From Lishizhenia sp. (GTDB lineage: Bacteria; Bacteroidota; Bacteroidia; Flavobacteriales_D; Crocinitomicaceae), in NCBI GenBank assembly GCA_965656535.1, contig CBFHKX010000003.1, positions 101,595 to 165,594 of the forward strand: a DNA stretch of 64,000 nt, read 5' to 3'. The notes under the pieces are model-generated. The model did no database searches and was not told the DNA's origin. It saw only the letters and a list, made by a program, of their open reading frames with translations. Both the position numbers and the translations under genes were made by a program. Positions 21,028-32,521 of this stretch are shown in pieces (within the stretch, counting starts at the first letter, position 1; the number at the start of each line of letters is the position of its first letter).

Positions 21028-22389
21028 ATGAATATACATTTCATAGCTATAGGAGGAAGCGCAATGCACAATTTAGCAATCGCTTTATCTCGAAAAGGGG
21101 AAAACGTTACAGGTTCTGATGACGAGATATTTGAACCTTCCAAAGGAAGATTAAAACGAGAAGGAATTTTGCCGGAAACAATAGGTTGGAGTGAAAATAA
21201 TATTCATACGGAATTAGATGCCGTAATTTTAGGGATGCATGCTAGAGAAGATAATCCAGAATTATTAAAAGCAAAGTCGCTGAATATTCCAATTTATAGT
21301 TATCCAGAATATTTGTACGAGCAGGCGAAGAATAAAAAACGGATTGTAATTGGAGGATCGCATGGAAAAACAACAATAACATCAATGCTTTTACACGTTG
21401 TAAACGAATTAGGTATAAATGTAGATTATATGGTTGGTGCACAACTTGAGGGTTACGATTGTATGGTTAAGATTACCAAAGATGCAAATATGATGATTTT
21501 AGAGGGTGATGAGTATTTGAGTTCTCCAATTGACAGAAGGCCTAAGTTTCATCTATACTATCCAGATATTGCATTGATTAGTGGAATTGCTTGGGATCAT
21601 ATTAACGTTTTTCCTACTTGGCCAAATTATATAGAACAGTTTAAGATTTATGCAGACAAGATTACTGAAAATGGATCGCTAGTTTACAATCAAGAAGATA
21701 AAGAAGTAAAGAAGATTGGAGAAAACACACGTAACGATATTAATGCTGTAGCCTACCAAACCCCAAATTATGAAATTAGAGATGGTAAAACAATACTAAT
21801 TTTTAATAATGAAGAATACCCATTACAAATTTTTGGTGCTCATAATTTACAAAATATGATGGGAGCAATGCAAGTTGCCAAAGCTATGGGAATAGCAGAC
21901 AAAGATTTTTTGAAAGCAATTCAGTCGTTTAACGGAGCAGGAAAGAGATTAGAAAAGGTTTTTGAGAAAGATAATTTTGTTTTGTTTAAAGATTTCGCAC
22001 ATTCGCCTTCTAAATTAAAAGCTACCACAAGTGCAGTAAAAGAACAGTACGAAGAAAGAACAGTGATTGCCTGTATGGAATTACACACTTTTTCTAGTTT
22101 AAAGAAAGAGTTTCTATCGCATTATAAAGATGCTATGGTAAAGGCAGATCATGCACTTGTTTATTTTAGTCATGACGTTGTAAAACATAAAAAACTAGAA
22201 CCAATAACGGCAGAGCAAGTAAAAGAAGCATTTGGCGGAAATGTAAAAGTGGTTACCTCAAGCATTGCCGTAATGAGCTTTTTAAAAGAATTTGATTACG
22301 ATAATACAGCGCTACTAATGATGAGTTCTGGTAATTTCGATGGGATAAATTATGATGAGTTGGCTAGAGAGCTTTTTACAGAAAAATAG
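21028..22389 (+). CDS. mpl: Mur ligase family protein, Mpl/MurC-like
   Basis: IHFIAIGGSAM, GGSHGKTTITSM, LEGDEY, WDHINVF and KDFAHSPSK. The Mpl assignment is by family resemblance only. Confidence 0.75.
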   Translation: MNIHFIAIGGSAMHNLAIALSRKGENVTGSDDEIFEPSKGRLKREGILPETIGWSENNIHTELDAVILGMHAREDNPELLKAKSLNIPIYSYPEYLYEQAKNKKRIVIGGSHGKTTITSMLLHVVNELGINVDYMVGAQLEGYDCMVKITKDANMMILEGDEYLSSPIDRRPKFHLYYPDIALISGIAWDHINVFPTWPNYIEQFKIYADKITENGSLVYNQEDKEVKKIGENTRNDINAVAYQTPNYEIRDGKTILIFNNEEYPLQIFGAHNLQNMMGAMQVAKAMGIADKDFLKAIQSFNGAGKRLEKVFEKDNFVLFKDFAHSPSKLKATTSAVKEQYEERTVIACMELHTFSSLKKEFLSHYKDAMVKADHALVYFSHDVVKHKKLEPITAEQVKEAFGGNVKVVTSSIAVMSFLKEFDYDNTALLMMSSGNFDGINYDELARELFTEK

Positions 22390-22449
22390 CGCAATACAAT
22401 CTGAATTATTTTCGTTTAAATTTCCAAACAAAAAAAAGTTGTATAAAAA

Positions 22450-22472
22450 AGGTCGGTATTCAATACCGACCT
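22450..22472. terminator. Bidirectional terminator
   Basis: Perfect stem aggtcggtatt-c-aataccgacct between convergent genes. Confidence 0.75.
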
Positions 22473-22479
22473 AGTTATT

Positions 22480-23065
22480 TTATTTACCTCCTGGTCTATT
22501 TCTATAGTAGTCTCGCAGTAATATTCTTCTAAAAATTATGGTAATAAAAATGGCATAAGTAAAAGCCAATACCATCAACCCTAGTAAAGAGAATGTAAAG
22601 AGTGCTGTAGGATCGTAAGCGGACGAAATCTCTGTTTTCATTTTTCCTAAAATCTCGTCATTAGACATAACCTCAAACTCAGGTGTTTGTTGCCTTAAAG
22701 AATCAACGTATGTAGGTCTTTGCAATGCATCATAAACTAAATCTACACGTTCACTAACCTTGGTTTCTACAAATGTTGGATTAATATCAGAATAATAGAA
22801 ATACATAAACCCTGAAACGATAAGGACGTACGGAGCTCCTGCTACCATAGCACTTTTTATATCTGATAATGCAGTTCCTTCACCATACCCTTCTTTTTTC
22901 TTTTCAAAATACAAGCCCAATGAAATGGCAATTAGAAGTCCTAAGTTATTTAACAGCCCAGGTACAAAAATATCAAACTGAAATACATTTAATGCCATGA
23001 AAAGTAGTTTAATACTTATCCAACAAAGTGCTACGAGTATTCCAAATTTTAACGCTGATCGCATA

Positions 23066-23073
<8 letters not shown>
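22480..23073 (-). CDS. DUF4199-like membrane protein
   Basis: Four hydrophobic segments with a soluble helical loop; overlaps the rho stop. Confidence 0.65.
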
Positions 23074-24700
<1,627 letters not shown>

Positions 24701-24916
24701 ATAAATGAACTATAAATTATTTAAGAATTCTTGTATTTAAAATTGAATTGTCTAGTGGTTTCTGGAAAAACACTGTATAAACGACGCTACAATGATACAA
24801 ATATTATCTGCTTAGACAAATATTTTCGTGAAAAAACCGATAAACCCGGATAATAAAATTGAAATTCTTGTTCCTCTCTTCTAACTATACCCTTATCTTT
24901 GACAAAAAATAATACA

Positions 24917-25492
24917 ATGATTCAAAGGATACAAACTTTATATTATGGAATAGCAGCAATTTGCTTAATCGCGATAACGCTTGGTATAAATGTTTTTAGT
25001 TTTCATATCTCTGCAGAAAGTGCTGCATCTTTAAACTTAGATTTTTCTAGTTATGGTGTTTCAGGAAGCGCAGATTTTATGCAAGTAGATCTTAATCAAC
25101 CGCAATACGAAGAGCTTAGAGAGATAGCTAAATTAGAAAATGGAGTAGTTAAATACGACTATAAAGTGTTGGTGTATTTTCCGTTTTATGCGATTACTAT
25201 TTTACTTAGTCTCATGGTAATTGCTGCGGTATTTATGTTTAAAAAAATGCCTTTACAAGTGAGAACGGGTAGGGCAGTATTCTTTTTTACATTGCTGCTT
25301 TTTATTTTTGTTATTGTGATGTATTATGTTGGTGGTAGTCAGTTTACAGAGGTTCTCCCAAATTCAGAAGCCACAAAATCATTAGGTTTAGGCTTTTATT
25401 TACTAAGCATTGCAATTGCTTTTTTATTTCTTGGCAATTTAGGGGTCCGCAGAGATATAAAACTGGTTAAAAGCCTCGACCGTTTAAGATAA
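24917..25492 (+). CDS. DUF4293-like membrane protein
   Basis: MIQRIQTLY N-terminus and RRDIKLVKSLDRLR C-terminus. The track's TTG start at 24899 lies inside the -7 element tatctttg (24894-24901), so ATG 24917 is used. Confidence 0.8.
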   Translation: MIQRIQTLYYGIAAICLIAITLGINVFSFHISAESAASLNLDFSSYGVSGSADFMQVDLNQPQYEELREIAKLENGVVKYDYKVLVYFPFYAITILLSLMVIAAVFMFKKMPLQVRTGRAVFFFTLLLFIFVIVMYYVGGSQFTEVLPNSEATKSLGLGFYLLSIAIAFLFLGNLGVRRDIKLVKSLDRLR

Positions 25493-25496
25493 ATTT

Positions 25497-27401
25497 ATGA
25501 ACTACCTTTCAGTAGAAAATTTCACTAAAAGTTTTGGTGATCGTATTATTTTTGAAGACCTAAATTTTGGAATAGACCAAGGTCAAAAAGTTGCCATTGT
25601 AGCCAAAAATGGAAATGGTAAATCTACCTTATTAAAATGTTTGTTAGGAATAGACCAACCAGATGACGGACGAGTTGTATTTAGAAATGGAATTCGCATT
25701 GGTTACCTAGATCAAACTGAAGAATTAGATCCTTCTCTAACCATTATTCAAGAAGTATTTAACCACGATTTGCCAAAGTTAAAAGTAGTTAAAGAGTATA
25801 ACCAAGCTTTAAAGGATAAAGATGAAGATAAAATGGCTAGTCTCTTTGAACAATTATCTGAATTAGATGCTTGGGATACAGAGGTTAAAGTTCAACAAAT
25901 TTTATCAAAACTTAAATTTGATAATGTTGATTTACCGATTTCGGTACTTTCGGGTGGACAAAAAAAACGTGTTGCTCTTGCTAAGGTTTTGATAGCTGAA
26001 CCAGACTTTTTAATTCTAGATGAACCTACAAACCACCTTGACTTAGACATGATAGAGTGGTTAGAAGATTATCTAGGTACTTCTAAGTCAACCATGCTGA
26101 TGGTAACACACGATAGATATTTCTTAGAAGTGGTGTGTGATTCAATTCTTGAATTAGAAGATAAAACGATTTATACATACAAAGGTAATTTTTCTTATTA
26201 CTTAGAGAAAAAAGCAGAAAGAGAAGAGCAGTTGGCTACTACCGTAGGTAAGGCACGGGGTAAGATGCGAACCGAATTAGAGTGGATGCGCAGACAGCCA
26301 AAGGCTAGAGGTACTAAGCAAAAAGCTAGGATAGATTCTTTTCATGATCTAAAAAAAGTTGCAAAAACTGACATTAGTAAAGATGAGTTAGAGATTGGTA
26401 CCAAGATGGAACGTTTGGGATCGAAAATTTTAGAAATACATAAAATTGGAAAAGCCTACGGAGATAAACCGATAATTAACGATTTTTCTTACAACTTTAA
26501 ACGAAAAGAACGTTTGGGAATTGTTGGAAATAACGGGGCTGGAAAGTCTACCTTTTTAAACCTAATTCAAGGGATAGAAGAACTAGATAAAGGAAAAATT
26601 GTAGTAGGTGAAACAGTTAAATTTGGTTATTACTCACAAGAAAATATACAAGTAGACGAAAATAAAAAGGTTATTGATGTAATTAGAGAAATAGCTGAGT
26701 ATATTCCCTTAGAAAAAGGAAGGGAGATGTCTGCAGCTCAATTCTTAGAAAAGTTTCTTTTTTCTCGAGATATGCACTACAACTATGTGTACAAACTGAG
26801 TGGTGGAGAAAAGAGAAGGTTAAAATTGATGACTATTTTAATGTCTAACCCCAACTTCTTAATTTTAGATGAACCTACAAACGATCTAGATATTTTTGTT
26901 CTAAATGTTTTAGAAGATTACCTCAGAAGTTTTCAAGGTTGTTTAGTAGTGGTTTCTCACGATAGGTATTTTATGGATAAAATGGTGGATCATTTGTTTG
27001 TGTTTGATGGTTCAGGAGAGATCAAAGACATTATCGGTAACTACAATGCATATAGAAAACATCAAAAGGAAATTAAAGAGGAAGCAAAAGAAGAAAAACG
27101 ACAAGAAGTGAAAGCCGAGAAAAAGGCGGAAGCTCTAGAAAAAGAAGCTGAAGATAAACGCAAGCTTGAAGAGTCCAAAACGGAAAAACGAAAATTAAGT
27201 TTTAAAGAGAAATCAGAGTTTGAGCATTTGGATGAAGAAATTATGTCGTTAGAAGAAGAAAAAGAAAAACTAACCGCCGTTTTATCTAGTGGAATTGAGG
27301 ATTCTGAAAAATTGAACGAAGCCAGTAAAAGACTTGGAGAGGTAATGCAAATAATTGAAGATAAGAGCGCGAGGTGGATGGAACTCGCAGCGTTTATTTA
27401 A
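25497..27401 (+). CDS. ABC-F family ATPase (Uup-like)
   Basis: Two NBDs (NGNGKST/LSGGQKKR/LDEPTNHLD and GNNGAGKST/LSGGEKRR/LDEPTNDLD), no TM segments, C-terminal coiled coil. Confidence 0.92.
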   Translation: MNYLSVENFTKSFGDRIIFEDLNFGIDQGQKVAIVAKNGNGKSTLLKCLLGIDQPDDGRVVFRNGIRIGYLDQTEELDPSLTIIQEVFNHDLPKLKVVKEYNQALKDKDEDKMASLFEQLSELDAWDTEVKVQQILSKLKFDNVDLPISVLSGGQKKRVALAKVLIAEPDFLILDEPTNHLDLDMIEWLEDYLGTSKSTMLMVTHDRYFLEVVCDSILELEDKTIYTYKGNFSYYLEKKAEREEQLATTVGKARGKMRTELEWMRRQPKARGTKQKARIDSFHDLKKVAKTDISKDELEIGTKMERLGSKILEIHKIGKAYGDKPIINDFSYNFKRKERLGIVGNNGAGKSTFLNLIQGIEELDKGKIVVGETVKFGYYSQENIQVDENKKVIDVIREIAEYIPLEKGREMSAAQFLEKFLFSRDMHYNYVYKLSGGEKRRLKLMTILMSNPNFLILDEPTNDLDIFVLNVLEDYLRSFQGCLVVVSHDRYFMDKMVDHLFVFDGSGEIKDIIGNYNAYRKHQKEIKEEAKEEKRQEVKAEKKAEALEKEAEDKRKLEESKTEKRKLSFKEKSEFEHLDEEIMSLEEEKEKLTAVLSSGIEDSEKLNEASKRLGEVMQIIEDKSARWMELAAFI

Positions 27402-27433
27402 AAAAAAGGCTTCTTAATAAAGAAGCCTTTTTT
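27401..27433. terminator. Bidirectional terminator
   Basis: aaaaaaaggcttctt-aat-aagaagcctttttt. Confidence 0.85.
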
Positions 27434-27450
27434 GATTTAGGTAGCTTATT

Positions 27451-28443
27451 TTATCTAGCCATTAACCCTAACAAAACATAGGTAGTTGGGTCAGTTGTGT
27501 CAATCGGTTGTAAAGGTTCATGTGTTACAAAAAAACCGCTGTAAACTGTTGTTAAACTAGTAAACGACTCAGTGCTTATTTGACTTGTAGAAGCCATTCC
27601 GCCGTTACCATTAATCATACTAGCTAATACATTTCCATTTGGTGTTTCGTTGTATGGAGTACCATTTGGAGTTGTGGAAGGGTCTGCAGAATCATGAGAA
27701 TGAACCATATAGCTCTCACCACTTACTGTATTCATTAAAGTAACTGTTACACGTGTTTGATCTCCTGCAATTGCCTGTACATCAATTTTACCAGAAAGAT
27801 TCATTGCGTGTGGTCCTGCATAAGCAAACGAGGGATCAATTTGGCCTGTGTTAAAATCATAGTCAAAAGTTGCACGCATTAATCCGTCATCGGCTTGCGT
27901 CCTAGCAAAAGTGCCAACAATTAAATACGTAGAAATGTCTGCTGTATTAATTGCTTGTAGTGGATCGTGAACCACGAAAAATCCATTATACGTTGTAACG
28001 ATTTCATCATAAGACATAGAAGTTGTCTGCTCAACAGAAACAGTTCCACCATTACCGGTTACCATTTGTGTTAATACAGATGAATTTGGTGTCTCGTTGT
28101 AAGGTGTTCCATTTGGAGTAGTACTAGGATCTGCTGCATCATGTGCATGTATCATGTACATTTCTCCGTCAACCGTATTTGTTAATGTAACCGAAATTTT
28201 TGCTTCACCTGAGGCCAATTGATCAACTACCATAGTTGCAGTAAGGTCATCCTTGTGCATTCCGTTGTAATGGGTTCCCATTGCTACTTGTCCGTTGTTA
28301 AATTTATAGTCAAACGTACTACTTTGGTCCATTGGCATAGGAGCAGTTCCTTCCATTGGATCTTCATCATCTTTTTTACAGCTTGTTGCTAAAGCTAAAC
28401 TAGAAGCAAGAACTGACAGTGTTAAAAGTCTTGTAATTTTCAT
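27451..28443 (-). CDS. Lipoprotein with two tandem His-containing CHRD-like domains
   Basis: Lipobox ALATSC after MKITRLL (start 28443). Internal duplication: YMIHAHDAADPSTTPNGTPYNETPN / YMVHSHDSADPSTTPNGTPYNETPN. Confidence 0.7.
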   Translation of the reverse strand: MKITRLLTLSVLASSLALATSCKKDDEDPMEGTAPMPMDQSSTFDYKFNNGQVAMGTHYNGMHKDDLTATMVVDQLASGEAKISVTLTNTVDGEMYMIHAHDAADPSTTPNGTPYNETPNSSVLTQMVTGNGGTVSVEQTTSMSYDEIVTTYNGFFVVHDPLQAINTADISTYLIVGTFARTQADDGLMRATFDYDFNTGQIDPSFAYAGPHAMNLSGKIDVQAIAGDQTRVTVTLMNTVSGESYMVHSHDSADPSTTPNGTPYNETPNGNVLASMINGNGGMASTSQISTESFTSLTTVYSGFFVTHEPLQPIDTTDPTTYVLLGLMAR

Positions 28444-28581
28444 AATATTATTTTTGTTTGACTTATCTACGCTCACTTTTTTAGATTGGATTTACTTCAT
28501 TAAAAAAAAATTAAAAATGCTTTGTTAGTCATTACTTTCTGATTTTGTTTTTTTTTTGAAAGAAATTAAGAACTTAGTAAA

Positions 28582-29829
28582 ATGTTACTGAACAGACTTT
28601 GGATAGGACTTTTTTTAGTTTCTATGACAGTGGGTTTAATCAAGCTTACTTTTCTTGGCGATACCTTGGTTTTTAAAGCCATGGTAGATTCTATTTTTGA
28701 GACAGCAAAACTTGCCTTTGAAATAGCCTTGTTTTTAACCGGTGCGCTTTGTTTTTGGATGGGCGTAATGGAGATTGGAGAGAAAGCTGGAGCTGTGCGT
28801 ATACTCTCAAAAGCAGTTGCACCTTTTTTTAACAGACTTTTCCCAGAAATACCGAAAAATCATCCGGCGTTTGGTTCAATGATGATGAATTTTAGTGCAA
28901 ACATGCTTGGCTTAGATAATGCAGCAACTCCCTTAGGACTTAAAGCGATGAACCAGCTGCAAGATATAAACCCTAAGAAAGATACGGCTTCAAATGCGCA
29001 AATTATGTTCTTAGTTTTAAATACATCAGGTTTAACTATAATACCTGTTAGTATTTTTGCGTACAGAAGCGCTGAGGGATCCGTGCACGTAACAGATGTC
29101 TTTTTGCCTATTTTATTTGCTACTTATTTTGCGTCGTTAATTGGATTGATTGCAGTTTCAATTAAGCAAAAGATAAACTTATTTCAACCTGTAATTTTAC
29201 TTTATTTGGGTGCTATTTCAACCTTTGTATTTGGTTTGTTATTTGCGGTTATTAAGAATCCTAGTTGGGTAGATCCAATCTCTAATGTAGGTGGAAATCT
29301 ATTGCTTTTTGGAATAATTGTTCTTTTCATTTTGATGGCTGTTAGAAACAAAGTAAATGTGTACGATGTTTTTATTGAGGGAGCAAAAGGTGGTTTTACT
29401 GTGGCCATTAAAATTATTCCATTTTTAGTTGCGATTTTAGTTGCAATCGGTGTTTTTAAAGCTTCTGGAGCAATGGAATTGCTTTTTGATTCTATAAAAG
29501 TTGGTTTAATGTACTTTGGATTTACGGCTTTAGAATTTATTGATGCACTTCCTGTTGCATTTATGAAACCTTTTAGTGGTGGTGCTGCACGAGGTATGAT
29601 GGTAGATATTTTTCAAGATCCGGCATATGGCCCTGACTCTTTTGTTGGTTTCTTGGCGTCTACTTTCCAAGGTTCAACAGAAACTACTTTTTATGTATTG
29701 GCAGTTTACTTTGGTTCTGTGGGAGTTAAAAAAACAAGATATGCAGCGGGAGTTGGTTTGCTGGCCGACTTTGCAGGAATCGTCGCTGCAATAATAATCA
29801 GTTATATCTTTTTTGCAGACGCCATTTAA
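28582..29829 (+). CDS. SpmA/SpmB-fusion nucleoside-recognition (Gate) domain membrane protein
   Basis: SANMLGLDNAATPLGLKAM, MFLVLNTSGL and GSTETTFYVLAVYFGSVG. Confidence 0.88.
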   Translation: MLLNRLWIGLFLVSMTVGLIKLTFLGDTLVFKAMVDSIFETAKLAFEIALFLTGALCFWMGVMEIGEKAGAVRILSKAVAPFFNRLFPEIPKNHPAFGSMMMNFSANMLGLDNAATPLGLKAMNQLQDINPKKDTASNAQIMFLVLNTSGLTIIPVSIFAYRSAEGSVHVTDVFLPILFATYFASLIGLIAVSIKQKINLFQPVILLYLGAISTFVFGLLFAVIKNPSWVDPISNVGGNLLLFGIIVLFILMAVRNKVNVYDVFIEGAKGGFTVAIKIIPFLVAILVAIGVFKASGAMELLFDSIKVGLMYFGFTALEFIDALPVAFMKPFSGGAARGMMVDIFQDPAYGPDSFVGFLASTFQGSTETTFYVLAVYFGSVGVKKTRYAAGVGLLADFAGIVAAIIISYIFFADAI

Positions 29830-29848
29830 TTCCTCGTTAATTAGAAAA

Positions 29849-30520
29849 TTACAGTAGGTCCGGACGTCTATCTTTAGTTCTTTCCAAGGCTTTTTGCTCC
29901 CTGTACGCTTCAATTTTTTTAAAGTCGCCAGATAATAAAACCGCAGGTACTTTCATTCCTTCAAATTCTTCAGGTCTTGTGTAAACGGGCGGACTCAATA
30001 GGTTGTCTTGAAAACTATCTGTCAAAGCAGAAGTTTCATCGTTTAATACTCCTGGTATTAATCTTACAATACTATCAACTAAAACAGCAGCAGCTAACTC
30101 ACCGCCAGAAAGAACATAACTTCCAATAGAAATTTCTTTAGTGATATATTTCTCTCTAATACGCTCATCTACCCCCTTGTAATGTCCGCACAAAATCATT
30201 ATATTCTCATGTAACGAGAGGGTGTTACAACAATTTTGCTCTAGTATTTCACCATCTGGAGTCATATAAATAATATCCCCGTATTCTCTTTCAGAACAGA
30301 GCTTATTAATACAGTCTGCGATCGGTTGTGCACTCATAACCATACCAGCACCACCACCATATTGATAATCATCTACACTTTTTTGCTTTGACGTAGAGTA
30401 GTCCCTAATGTTATGAAAGTGAATTTCTACATGTCCCTTATCTTTTGCACGTTGCATTATAGATGCGTTGAAAGGACTTTCTAGTAAACCTGGCAATATA
30501 GTTAAGATGTCAATTCTCAT
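29849..30520 (-). CDS. trmD: tRNA (guanine-N1)-methyltransferase
   Basis: [23 protein letters not shown] and [14 protein letters not shown]. Confidence 0.97.
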   Translation of the reverse strand: MRIDILTILPGLLESPFNASIMQRAKDKGHVEIHFHNIRDYSTSKQKSVDDYQYGGGAGMVMSAQPIADCINKLCSEREYGDIIYMTPDGEILEQNCCNTLSLHENIMILCGHYKGVDERIREKYITKEISIGSYVLSGGELAAAVLVDSIVRLIPGVLNDETSALTDSFQDNLLSPPVYTRPEEFEGMKVPAVLLSGDFKKIEAYREQKALERTKDRRPDLL

Positions 30521-30653
30521 GCTACAAATTTAGTATACTTTATTATTTGTTGTACAAATGTGATTTTCTTATTTATAGATTGTTTTTTCTACCGCAATAT
30601 GCGGTCTCAATTTTAACTATATAGTAATCTGTATAACAGTATTTTGAAACCAT

Positions 30654-32480
30654 TTGTTGATGATAAATAAAAGGATTATTTTTGCAACATATTTAACCAC
30701 TACGAATAGAAAAAATTCTGTTTTAACCACAGTTTTGTTTACTTGTTTTTCCTTATTTGGGCAAGTTTTCGGACCAAATAGTCCGAGTACTCAAACTACT
30801 TCTGGAATTGGTAATAATTGGAGTAACACCGCAGGTGTAGTATCTTCTGATAACCAAAGAGCAACGGTTGCCACAGCAGGTACCTCTAGAGAATTAATAG
30901 CCAGAGATTTCGGATTTAACCTAGATAATACTGATCTTGTAGAAGGCATAGAATTGGAAATAGAAAGGAGATCAACCTTAGGAAATGCAATTAGTTTAAT
31001 TACTCCGTGGCAAGCTGGAGAAAACTCTGAAATATTAAATTTTCCAATTAATGCAGGAATAAATAGAACACTTATACTTTTTGTTGGTGCAGAAAACGGA
31101 ACAGATGTTCTTATAAATAATGTATCAATAGGCGGTAGACAAATGACGCGTTTGTTAGAAACCTCGTATGAAACATCATTTTGGGCCCACACAGAATGCT
31201 GGTATTTACAAGAAGCTGATATTGCTCTGTTAACTCCCGGTAATTAAGACATTGATGTTACCTACGACGCCTTTACAAACAATCAATTTTTTGATATTCT
31301 TTCAGCTGCCCTTTTTTCAAATGTAGTTCAAGGTAATCCATTTTTCAGTTTTATAGAACATACAGTAAACGGAGCAAACCCTGTAACAACAGATTTTAAT
31401 GGTCAATCCATCAGTGCTGGTGAAGGAGGAATGTATTTAACAAATATATTTTGTGGAAACAATACATCTCCGGCTTCTACAAATGGTGATTCAAATACGT
31501 TTACTATAAATAGTGGTTTTATTGAAGGACATGATAGATATAGAGCAAATGTATCAGTTTCCCCAACATCTGGAGGGTGTATGCAAACCGCATATAAATT
31601 TGCGCCATCAGGAGGTACGGAAAGTCCAAGCTTTACCTTTAACGGTAGTGCAAATAGAAGGTTGGCTATAGGAATTGGACTAAGAAAAGTGTCGGCGGTA
31701 GACATTTCAGTTTATTTACAGAAAAATAGCGTAAATACAGGAATTAATCAGGCAAGTATAACTGTGTTTTGGCCAACAATTGATGAATATGTAATGTATG
31801 GTGGTCCTGCAGACCTTTGGGGAACAACTTGGGATTACATAGATATAAACAATACAGGATTTGGTGCAGCAATGGCAGTTGAGGTTTACAACGGTTCTGC
31901 TCAGGTTGACCACATGCGAATTACCGTTTATACATCCAGTATATTGCCTGTTGAATTAGTTGATTTCTACGCTACAAAAACTGAAAACAGAACGGTTATG
32001 ACCAATTGGGTTACTGGCTCTGAATTAAATAGTGATTATTTTGAAATTCAACGGTCTTCAAATGGTAGCGTTTTCGAAACAATAGGAGTTGTGCAAGCCT
32101 CTGGAAGTTCCAATAACTTAATCACCTATCAATTTGAAGATGACAATCCATTAAACGGAATGGTGTATTATAGATTAAAACAAGTAGATTTCGACGGTTC
32201 CTTTGAATATTCTGACATAAGACAAATTGAGCTGAAAGGAGAGGAAGCTTTAATTTATCCGAATCCTGTTACAGATTGGGCTACAGTTAGTTTGGATAAT
32301 AAAAACGTGACGGTTTCAATTGTTTCTTCAACAGGAAAGATAATTGATATACAAGAAGGATATTTCTTTAATCAAAACTATCATTTCAATGTTTCTTCTT
32401 ACCCAGATGGTGTTTATTATCTAGTTGTGAATGAATTTGGTAGCACTACAACTAAGAAATTTGTAAAACAATCCAAATAA
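30654..32480 (+). pseudogene. T9SS type-A sorting-domain protein interrupted by one in-frame TAA (31245-31247)
   Basis: ORFs 30654-31247 and 31431-32480 share a frame, and the 61 codons between them are open. The C-terminus has LPVELVDF..YYRLKQVDFDG..IYPNP..KKFVK. Confidence 0.82.
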
Positions 32481-32521
32481 CCTATGGATTAAAATAGGTA
32501 GTTTTACTTCAAACAATAATT

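Noticed and set aside
28582-29829. 'Spore maturation' gene in a non-sporulating lineage
   Set aside because: SpmA/SpmB fusions are widespread membrane proteins in Bacteroidota.
31245-31247. Selenocysteine or pyrrolysine recoding of the internal stop
   Set aside because: The codon is TAA, not TGA or TAG, and all other genes terminate normally.
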